This document shows, in pieces, positions 18,747 through 26,609 of a DNA stretch of 64,000 bases. A program made the translations under genes and the position numbers. The stretch is from positions 10,849 to 74,848 of the forward strand of contig JAFGON010000040.1 in the NCBI GenBank assembly GCA_016926475.1, read 5' to 3'. Every line of letters starts with the position of its first letter. Position 1 is the stretch's first letter. Source of the stretch: a candidate division WOR-3 bacterium (GTDB taxonomy: Bacteria; SDB-A). Below the pieces are notes generated by a model. It did no database searches. It saw only the letters and a list, made by a program, of their open reading frames with translations, and was not told where the DNA came from.

Positions 18747-19559
18747 TTGAATGAATTAAAGATCAAAATAGGTTCCATATCTCTGAAATTACGGTCAAAA
18801 GAGCGTATCGGCTTTTTTTCTGATTTGTTTGAATACTTTAAGACAAAAGATGAATGTCTATATGACACTGAGATCGTTTTTTGGGATTGTGAAGACATCC
18901 TCGACTGCATAAAGAAGAAAATTTTTTGGGTGAAAGACAACATAAAATCCGCCAGAAATACTATTCACATGATTTCTTCTTTCGGATTTAAGACAATTGT
19001 TGACGAAGACCAGGGCAAGATATTTATTTTTTCCCCCCAGGAATACAAAGCCAAGGCTTTGAGGGTTTCTGTGGGCTTTTTTTGCTGGAAAATGTTTCCC
19101 AAAGACAAATATCTTTTTTTTCATGCCGCGTCCTGTAAGTTCTCAGAAAACAGCTATCTCTTTCCGGCGAACAGCGGCAAAGGCAAGACCACTTTGAGTG
19201 AAAACGCAATAAAATGCGGCGAGGTATTCAACGACGAGTTTTCTCTCGTCGAGATTACCACAGACGGATATGTTCTTCATGGCACACCTTTCGGGCAGGT
19301 GACGAGCGGACCGATTTTGGGTCAACTAAAAAAAATATTCTTTCTCGAAAAAAGCGAAAAAAACGACTTCAAGAGGATTACGCCCGTCGAATCAATGAAA
19401 ATTGCTTGGGAGGACAACCTATACAGAACAGGGATAACCAATTCCGAAGAGAGAAAATTGGTGTTCAACGAAATTTTGGATATTTTCGAAAATATTCCAT
19501 GTTTTGAGATGAATGTGAGAAAAGATTTCAACGATTTTAAACTACTCGAGAATTTATAG
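18747..19559 (+). CDS. HPr kinase C-terminal-domain-like P-loop protein (putative precursor-peptide Ser kinase)
   Basis: FFHAASCKF...ANSGKGKTTLSEN is a P-loop G-x-S-G-x-GK-T/S as in HprK/lasso-peptide kinases. It is ~270 aa and sits between the two precursor genes. Confidence 0.55.
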   Translation: MNELKIKIGSISLKLRSKERIGFFSDLFEYFKTKDECLYDTEIVFWDCEDILDCIKKKIFWVKDNIKSARNTIHMISSFGFKTIVDEDQGKIFIFSPQEYKAKALRVSVGFFCWKMFPKDKYLFFHAASCKFSENSYLFPANSGKGKTTLSENAIKCGEVFNDEFSLVEITTDGYVLHGTPFGQVTSGPILGQLKKIFFLEKSEKNDFKRITPVESMKIAWEDNLYRTGITNSEERKLVFNEILDIFENIPCFEMNVRKDFNDFKLLENL

Positions 19560-19749
19560 ATCCCTTTTCTAAATAAAATGTTAAAATGACAGAAAACATT
19601 GGAATATAGAGCTGTTTTGGTATTTTTGAATCTTTTCTAAAACTCCGATTTTATAAATAGATAATTAGAGATATTTGCAGTGAATTGTTAATAAAAATAT
19701 TACTTGTTAATTTCCAAAAAAATCAATAAAATGTCAAAAAGGCTGTTTT

Positions 19750-20040
19750 ATGGGGAAAAAGAAGTATATTAAACCTCAAATAAGGTGTTTTGAAGCAATC
19801 ACGGCATATTCACAGCTTTTTTCGAATGAATCACCTGAAGGGGTTTGCACCATAGGCACCGTTGCAAACGCCTGTCAGGAAGGGGGAAGTGCGTCCGGAG
19901 GTCCAGGACAGTGCCTTTCCGGCTCGACTGCCAATTTTGACTGCCTCACTGGGAGTTATGCGCAGGGTTCGGTATGCTCCAACGGAGACCACGCGGCAAA
20001 TCAAGGCGGACAATGTAAAGTGGGTATGAGTCCAAAATAA
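19750..20040 (+). CDS. Putative RiPP precursor peptide A2 (paralogue of A1)
   Basis: 96 aa. Leader MGKKKYIKPQI..F....QLFSNESPEG. The core has 7 Cys, 6 of them alignable to A1, and a C-terminal GMSPK. Confidence 0.6.
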   Translation: MGKKKYIKPQIRCFEAITAYSQLFSNESPEGVCTIGTVANACQEGGSASGGPGQCLSGSTANFDCLTGSYAQGSVCSNGDHAANQGGQCKVGMSPK

Positions 20041-20354
20041 GCAGTGGACGAAGGGTTTCGGGAGTTTTGCTTCTGATGAAAAAAATCAAAAGCAGATGGC
20101 AAAATGAGTGGACAGCTAAAAGATCTGTTTTAAGATGGATTTCAAAACATAATTTTCCCATAATAGGCGATTGAGGTCGCGTGTTCAAAACCAGCAGGCA
20201 GAGAAAAAATATTTTTTAATGATGCATAAAGTTAGAAATAGGCAAATCGCGAAAAATTTCGGGAATTTTTTACTATCTTGGATTGTCGGTGTCCTAATAA
20301 AATCGTTATAAAGATTCATTTCTGGAGACAGTTCTTTTCAGGACACTGCTGATT

Positions 20355-20855
20355 TTGTATTTTTATCATAGGGGGGATTTTGTTTTGAAGAGTATTATCG
20401 AGAGGAAGATAAAATTGTCTGGTGAAACAGAAGATTTCCAGTGTGAAATCATAGAAATTTTTCCTGATAAAGCAATACTTAAATACACAATTGAAAAGGA
20501 AACCTCAGTGGCTGGTCTCGTGCTGAGCCCGGGTGATGTAACCCGAGCTTATTACAGCGAGAAAGAACCTTATGTACTATACAGGTGGTTTTCCAAAAAA
20601 TCTGTTTTTATGGGGGACTATTTCAACATAGCAGATAGCGTGAAAATTTCAGGTGATTGTGTGAGGTGGAGAGATCTTGAGATAGACCTGCTGTTTCTCC
20701 AAAACGGGACGCACTTAGTTTTGGATGAGGACAAGTTGCCTGAAAATATTTCACTTGAACTCAAAAAGTATATAGACAACGCTGTGGATTTCATCGTAAG
20801 AAACTATGAATCAATCGTAGGGGAATTTGACGGAATTAGACTATTCAGACCTTAA
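20355..20855 (+). CDS. DUF402-like (FomD/YgaC-type) protein
   Basis: WRDLEIDLLFLQNGTHLVLDEDKLPE resembles the DUF402 D-L-x-L-D...DEDEL core. The start is uncertain: there is no ATG, and a TTG at 20385 follows aggggggatttt. Confidence 0.4.
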   Translation: MYFYHRGDFVLKSIIERKIKLSGETEDFQCEIIEIFPDKAILKYTIEKETSVAGLVLSPGDVTRAYYSEKEPYVLYRWFSKKSVFMGDYFNIADSVKISGDCVRWRDLEIDLLFLQNGTHLVLDEDKLPENISLELKKYIDNAVDFIVRNYESIVGEFDGIRLFRP

Positions 20856-21510
20856 AAGGATACAGGAAAGGCTTGTTTCACGGGTCAAGATCAAGCCTTT
20901 GAAAAGCGGAATTAGATATGTCGCAGGTCTTGACTGCGCCGTGACGAAAGACAAAATTGTCGGCGAAGCCGTTCTTATGAGTTATCCCGAACTTCAAATG
21001 GAGGAGGAAAAATTCAGCTTCAGAGAGCTCAGTTTTCCCTATGTCCCGGGTTTTCTCTCGTTCAGAGAAATGCCGGCTCTCATTTCTGCCTACCTCAAAC
21101 TGTCGAGAAAACCAGATATGATTATTGTCGACGGGCAGGGAATTCTTCATCCCCGCGGTATGGGTCTGGCAAGCCATTTGGGTGTAATACTCAACAAACC
21201 TTCAATAGGCTGTGCGAAGAGTCTTTTGTGCGGGGAATATGAAGAACCTTCTTTTAGAAGAGGATCTAAAAGCCCGGTGTTTTTGAATGAAAAGATTATG
21301 GGTTATGCCCTGAGGACGAGAGACGGGGTCAAGCCCGTCATTGTATCTCCCGGACATCTCATTACTCCACTGCAGGCGCAAAAACTTGTCCTAGAAATGT
21401 CTTTTTTCAGGCTTCCGGAACCCGTCAGGCTGGCCGACAAGTATTCAAGGGAGAATAAAAAGTATTCTTCGCAGAATAGTAAGGTTTTGGTCGAAAATAA
21501 TGATTTTTGA
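20827..21510 (+). CDS. nfi: Endonuclease V
   Basis: VAGLDCAV...SFPYVPGFLSFREMPALI...MIIVDGQGILHPRGMGLASHLGVILNKPSIGCAKS are the canonical Nfi motifs. TTG start. Confidence 0.75.
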   Translation: MTELDYSDLKRIQERLVSRVKIKPLKSGIRYVAGLDCAVTKDKIVGEAVLMSYPELQMEEEKFSFRELSFPYVPGFLSFREMPALISAYLKLSRKPDMIIVDGQGILHPRGMGLASHLGVILNKPSIGCAKSLLCGEYEEPSFRRGSKSPVFLNEKIMGYALRTRDGVKPVIVSPGHLITPLQAQKLVLEMSFFRLPEPVRLADKYSRENKKYSSQNSKVLVENNDF

Positions 21511-24500
21511 AAAAATTGACGGATTGATTGGAAAATTATCTGAGTCTGACGCACGGTCGAAGGAAAAGCAATTCCGCCTTGTAGCTGGAGACAGGAGAGA
21601 CGTAGCTGTTTTATTCGCCGATATACACGGTTTCACATCAATTTCGGAAAAACTCGACCCGGAGAAAGTCAAAATTTTGGCTGATAAACTAATGCAGATT
21701 CTGTCTTTCTGCGTCAAAAATTACGGGGGCTTCGTCGATAAATACGAAGGTGACAGAATCATGGCGCTGTTCGGCGCAAAAAAAGCTAGCGACAAAGACG
21801 CGGAAAAAGCAGTCAGAGCAGCTATCGATATGATAGAAAAAATCACTCTTTTGGCAAAAATATTCAAGGAGGACGAGGAATTTAAAGAATTCGACCTTTC
21901 GATGAGAATAGGAATAAACTACGGACTTGTGACGACAGGAAGAATTGGAGAAAAAAGAGAAGGGGATTTCACCGTGTACGGCGACACGGTCAACATAGCT
22001 TCGAGGCTGGAGGAAAAGTCTCCGTTAAATTCGATTTTGGTTTCATCGTCGGTCAGGGAATCCCTAAAACAGATCTTTGAATTTGACCCGTTTGGAGATC
22101 TCGAACTCAAGGGGAAAATCCAGAAGGTAGAGGCTTGGATTGCCAAAAAATACAAAACGAAGAAAACATTGATGGCCGATGACGACAGTCTGTTTTTAGG
22201 AAGAGAAAACGAAATAACAGAGACAACCAGAATAATCAATTCGGCGCTCAACAGAGCAGTATCTACAAAGGACGCCAATTATTTGAGCCTCGGTTTCATA
22301 ACCGGAGAGCCGGGGATAGGGAAAACGAGACTATTAGGGGAAATTTTAAAGTTGTTCCAGGGCAGGGCAGAGTTTTTTTGGGGGAGTTGTGATTCACTGA
22401 AGGTATCGAGATTCGGAGTGATAGAGGAAATGGTTAAAGAGCGGCTCGGCGTGGCGAGAGAAGATGAAAAGAATGCGATCGTCTCAAAAATATCCCAATG
22501 GGCGTTCTCAAACAAAGCGGGTGAGGATCTTAGAAACAATTTGATTGATTTGTACGCGTGCGCAGGCAATCCTTACAACTCGGAGGGAAGAGATGAAAGC
22601 AGGTTTGTTTTCGCAAGGCAGGTTTTTATCGAATTTTTCAAAACAATCGGGTCAAAAGCCTCGGAAAATTCGAAACCAGTAATAATAGCTATAGATGATT
22701 TTCAAGAAGCGGATGAAATTGAAGTATCCTTTCTCGAGTGTTTTCTGGAAGCTTTAAGACATAAAGATGAAAAATTGGTTTTCTCTACCTTCGTTATCCT
22801 TATTGCTTCGAGAAAAGACATCGAAACTGATTTTGGAGCTTCGGGGATTTTGCAAAACAGAATTCGACTATTGCCTCTTTCATCAGAAAACTCAATGAAA
22901 TTACTCGATGGTGTACTGCGCGATGAAAACATTGAGGAGCGCCTGAAATCCTTCATCATCGAGAGAGCGCAGGGTAACCCTCTTTTTATTACAGAGCTGA
23001 GCAAAATAGCCAAAAAAAGAGGAGGAGAGAACCTGTCTGTTAGCGATATCCCTTCTTCCATGAAGTCTCTTATGCTTTCAAGGCTCGATTGTTTAGATGA
23101 AAATTTAAAAGAACCTCTGAAAATCCTCACGGTTTCAGGTGAAAAGATAGAAATAGACATATCTGAATACGTTCTTCGCAGATTTGAAATAGACCCGGAA
23201 TTCTTGATTTCTCGACTCGAGAGTGAAAAGGTCATTTATGAGTATGAAAAAGAAATTTATCGATTCTCGAGTTTATTTTTCAGGGAAATTATCTACGAGA
23301 CTTTTTTGGTCGAAAACAGAAGAATAGTCCACGCTGAATACGCAAAAGCTTTGGAAGACAAAAGAAAACATTCAATCGATAACTACATATCCGAAATCTG
23401 CGGGCACTATTTGGAGACGGATGACGATGAGAAAATAATCGAATACTTGGAAAAAAATGGAAAGCTGCTTAAAGAAAGGTTCGACAACAAAAGCGCCCTT
23501 GAGATTTTTTTAAAACTTGATAGCATGCTTTCGAAAAAGTATTTAGAAAACGCATCGTCTGCATTCGCTTACGCAGAATGCCTTTTGAATATGTCTGAAA
23601 TTTTAAACATTGCCGGAGATTGGGAGTTATCGGAAAAGAAAACAATTCTCTCATTGAGTATAATTGGAGAAAAAAACCTGGAAAGTCTCAAGGGACGGGC
23701 CTTTTTATGCCTTGCGAGAGCATACCTGAATTTAAACAGGTTAAAAGACGCAGAACATGCAGTTGAGAGATCTTTGGCCTATTCTAAAAAATTAAAGAAC
23801 ACCAGCGTAATGATCTCTTCGATGATGCTGAAAGGAGAACTGTATATTTTGTTTTCGGATTATAAGTCCGCCGCGAAATGTTTCAAGAGCATTGAAAAGA
23901 AATCAAAGACCGCCGGCGACGAAAAAGGACTTATGATGTCTTTCTTCAATTTAGCGCATGTTTACATCAAAAAGAGCAAGTTTAAAAAATCGCTCGAGTA
24001 CAATTTGATGGCTTTGAAAATTGCCGAAGACATTTCGGACAAATTGAGCATAGTGAGAATTCTCAACAACATAGGTATCGGTTACAGAAATATCGGGGAA
24101 TTTGACAAAGCATTTAGAGCTTATCAAAAGAGCTTGAAACTCGCCGTGGAAATGGGCAGTAAAAAAAATATCGCTACAGCCTATGGAAATTTATCCATTC
24201 TCTACATGCAAAAAGGCGAGATGAACGAATACGTGAGATTTTTAAGAAAGCATTTTTTGTTGAATTTTGAATTGAATGATAAAATGGGGATGGCTTATTC
24301 GTTGGCAAATTTCGGAAATTACCACAATTATTCAGGCAACCTGCGGGAAGCTGAACTCAGTTACAAAAAAGGTCTTTCTATAGCTAAGATTTTCAAAAAC
24401 AAAGTTCTCGCAATGAACCTCGCTTACAACCTATCTACTGTCTATATGGCTCAAAAAGACAACAGCAAAGCACTTAAATTCTCGGAGATTTCTTACAAAA

Positions 24501-24868
24501 CAGCAGACGAAATAGGAAACTTCAACTGGAAATTTCTAACGAGAGCCATAGGGTTGAGGATAGAATTCAACGCGGCAAAAAGTCTGGTGGAAAAAAATAC
24601 AGTTTTGAAAAAAACCGAAGAAATGCTCAAAGATTACAAAACAAAAGATACAAGGGCTGAAATATTATACCGAATCTGGGAATTCACTATGGAATATTCG
24701 GAGTTGGCGGCAAAGAGAAGACAAATAATAGAAACATACAGAAATGAAGCGATCAAGCTCTTCGCGGAATTGCTTAAGAAAGAAAAAAAGAGCGATTATT
24801 CAGATAAACTTGAAAACCTGACAAACGGCTTTATAACAAAAAGAGGGAGCAGATTCAGTATTCATTGA
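21500..24868 (+). CDS. Class III adenylate/guanylate cyclase fused to a STAND-type AAA ATPase and C-terminal TPR repeats
   Basis: VAVLFADIHGFTSISEKL...YGDTVNIASRLE is the cyclase catalytic core. GFITGEPGIGKTRLL is the Walker A. The C-terminal half is made of TPR-like units. Confidence 0.8.
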   Translation: MIFEKIDGLIGKLSESDARSKEKQFRLVAGDRRDVAVLFADIHGFTSISEKLDPEKVKILADKLMQILSFCVKNYGGFVDKYEGDRIMALFGAKKASDKDAEKAVRAAIDMIEKITLLAKIFKEDEEFKEFDLSMRIGINYGLVTTGRIGEKREGDFTVYGDTVNIASRLEEKSPLNSILVSSSVRESLKQIFEFDPFGDLELKGKIQKVEAWIAKKYKTKKTLMADDDSLFLGRENEITETTRIINSALNRAVSTKDANYLSLGFITGEPGIGKTRLLGEILKLFQGRAEFFWGSCDSLKVSRFGVIEEMVKERLGVAREDEKNAIVSKISQWAFSNKAGEDLRNNLIDLYACAGNPYNSEGRDESRFVFARQVFIEFFKTIGSKASENSKPVIIAIDDFQEADEIEVSFLECFLEALRHKDEKLVFSTFVILIASRKDIETDFGASGILQNRIRLLPLSSENSMKLLDGVLRDENIEERLKSFIIERAQGNPLFITELSKIAKKRGGENLSVSDIPSSMKSLMLSRLDCLDENLKEPLKILTVSGEKIEIDISEYVLRRFEIDPEFLISRLESEKVIYEYEKEIYRFSSLFFREIIYETFLVENRRIVHAEYAKALEDKRKHSIDNYISEICGHYLETDDDEKIIEYLEKNGKLLKERFDNKSALEIFLKLDSMLSKKYLENASSAFAYAECLLNMSEILNIAGDWELSEKKTILSLSIIGEKNLESLKGRAFLCLARAYLNLNRLKDAEHAVERSLAYSKKLKNTSVMISSMMLKGELYILFSDYKSAAKCFKSIEKKSKTAGDEKGLMMSFFNLAHVYIKKSKFKKSLEYNLMALKIAEDISDKLSIVRILNNIGIGYRNIGEFDKAFRAYQKSLKLAVEMGSKKNIATAYGNLSILYMQKGEMNEYVRFLRKHFLLNFELNDKMGMAYSLANFGNYHNYSGNLREAELSYKKGLSIAKIFKNKVLAMNLAYNLSTVYMAQKDNSKALKFSEISYKTADEIGNFNWKFLTRAIGLRIEFNAAKSLVEKNTVLKKTEEMLKDYKTKDTRAEILYRIWEFTMEYSELAAKRRQIIETYRNEAIKLFAELLKKEKKSDYSDKLENLTNGFITKRGSRFSIH

Positions 24869-24884
24869 AAGGAAAAAATCGATT

Positions 24885-26609
24885 ATGTTTAGATCAAGCG
24901 CGTTGATTTTTTTGACGTTGAACCTGCAGGGTTTGTTTTCTTCGGAGTTGAGGTTTGCTGTATTGGGAGACAGAACAGGCGGTCATGTGGAAGGAGTTTT
25001 CGAGAAGGCGCTTCTTAAAGCCGATATGCTCGACCCTGAAATCATGATCTGTGTGGGAGATATAATTGAAGGCTACAGCGAAGACGAAGGAGAAATAAGA
25101 TCGGAGTGGGAAGAGATATTGCCTTACATAAGAGGGATTTCCTGCCCTTTTTATTTCACTCCGGGTAACCACGATATTTCAAATGAGATTCAAGCTGAAA
25201 TTTACAGAGAATTGATAGGAGAACAGGATTATTCTTTCGACAGAAACGGCTATCATTTCGTCATCCTCGACAATTCGCGCATAGAATATCCGACCGATTT
25301 TACATCGAAACAGATGGAGTGGCTCGAGAAGGATCTCAAGAAAAGTAGGGATGCCGAGGCGATTTTTGTCTTCTACCATAAACCTTTTTGGTTTGAGTCG
25401 ATTCTGAGAGGCGAAGTAGACCCTCTGCATGAACTTTTTGTAGAATACGGGGTTGACGCGGTCTTCACAGGTCATTACCACTTTTATTTCACCGCTGAAA
25501 TTGACGGAATAAAATACACCGGTGTCGGAAGCTCCGGCGCCGAATCCCACCTCGGAATTTTAGGACCCAATTTTCATTTTCTTCTCGTAAGCGCTAAAGA
25601 AGATTCGATAAATATTTCCGTGATAGAACTTGAGGGAGTGCATTCCTGGGACGAGATAAAAATGGAGGACATTCAAACAGCCGATAGGGCTATGGAAAAC
25701 GGCATCGAGATAATTCGACCGGCAAGGGTTGATGAAGATCTAAAAGTCTTTGAACAGATGGTAGGTGTTGTCGTAAGAAATTATTCAGAAGATGTCAAGA
25801 TAGAAGATGTTCTGAAAATAGATTTACCCCATGGGTGGTCGTCTTCGGCGGATGAAATACCGATTTCTCTTATGCCGGGCGATTCAACCGTGTTTGAAGT
25901 TGCCTTAAATTCAACTGGGAGCCTATACCCTCTTCCTGTTTTTAGTTTAAATTATCCTGTACGAGACGGCGTGGTTTTTCAACTGCGCCGAACCTTGAGA
26001 ATTCAAAGAAGCGCTGTTTCCTCCCCTGCTTTTCAGACGGCGAAAATAGACGGTGATATTGACGAGTCATTTTGGAAATGTCCCCAGCGGAATTTTTTTT
26101 CTTCGGGTGGTGTTGTTTCTGAAACTGATTACACAGAGTTTTATTTCGCCTACGACTCCGACAATTTGTATTTGGCCGCCAAATGCGTTTTTGAGGATTC
26201 GAGTGAAATAAAAGCGGAAGAAAAGGAAAGAGACGGACAAATATTTTCAGAAGATTGTGTCGGTTATTTTTTTGTTCTTAATCCCGGAGGGGGGGAAATA
26301 TATCAAGTCTATTTCAATCCTCTCGGGACAATATACGACGCTGTCTTGAAAAGGGATTGGTCTGGTTCTTTCCAAGGGGACGAAGAGAGGGATTTCGAAA
26401 TAGAAAGTTATGTCAAAATTACCGAGAACTGCTGGACTTTAGAGGCGAAATTGCCTCTTGAGCAATTTGAAAAAATATCCTTTTCTCCCGGAGACAGCAT
26501 ATTGCTGAATTTCAGGAGAAAACAACCGTCAAAGACTGCAAACGCGGATTGGTTGACGCCGATTGAGTTCGACCCGTCGACTTTTGGAGTCTTGTTTTTC
26601 GGGAGTTGA
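24885..26609 (+). CDS. Secreted calcineurin-like metallophosphoesterase with a C-terminal CBM9/DOMON-like carbohydrate-binding-like domain
   Basis: Signal peptide. Motifs GDRTGG, GDIIEG, GNHD and GHYH. The C-terminal region (FYFAYDSDNLYLAAKC) resembles a family-9 CBM-like fold. Confidence 0.7.
   Translation: MFRSSALIFLTLNLQGLFSSELRFAVLGDRTGGHVEGVFEKALLKADMLDPEIMICVGDIIEGYSEDEGEIRSEWEEILPYIRGISCPFYFTPGNHDISNEIQAEIYRELIGEQDYSFDRNGYHFVILDNSRIEYPTDFTSKQMEWLEKDLKKSRDAEAIFVFYHKPFWFESILRGEVDPLHELFVEYGVDAVFTGHYHFYFTAEIDGIKYTGVGSSGAESHLGILGPNFHFLLVSAKEDSINISVIELEGVHSWDEIKMEDIQTADRAMENGIEIIRPARVDEDLKVFEQMVGVVVRNYSEDVKIEDVLKIDLPHGWSSSADEIPISLMPGDSTVFEVALNSTGSLYPLPVFSLNYPVRDGVVFQLRRTLRIQRSAVSSPAFQTAKIDGDIDESFWKCPQRNFFSSGGVVSETDYTEFYFAYDSDNLYLAAKCVFEDSSEIKAEEKERDGQIFSEDCVGYFFVLNPGGGEIYQVYFNPLGTIYDAVLKRDWSGSFQGDEERDFEIESYVKITENCWTLEAKLPLEQFEKISFSPGDSILLNFRRKQPSKTANADWLTPIEFDPSTFGVLFFGS

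Noticed and set aside
20288-20348. 7-bp inverted repeat (gtgtcct ... aggacac) 43 nt apart, upstream of the DUF402 gene
   Set aside because: It is too short and too widely spaced to be statistically meaningful in AT-rich intergenic DNA. At most it is a candidate operator.
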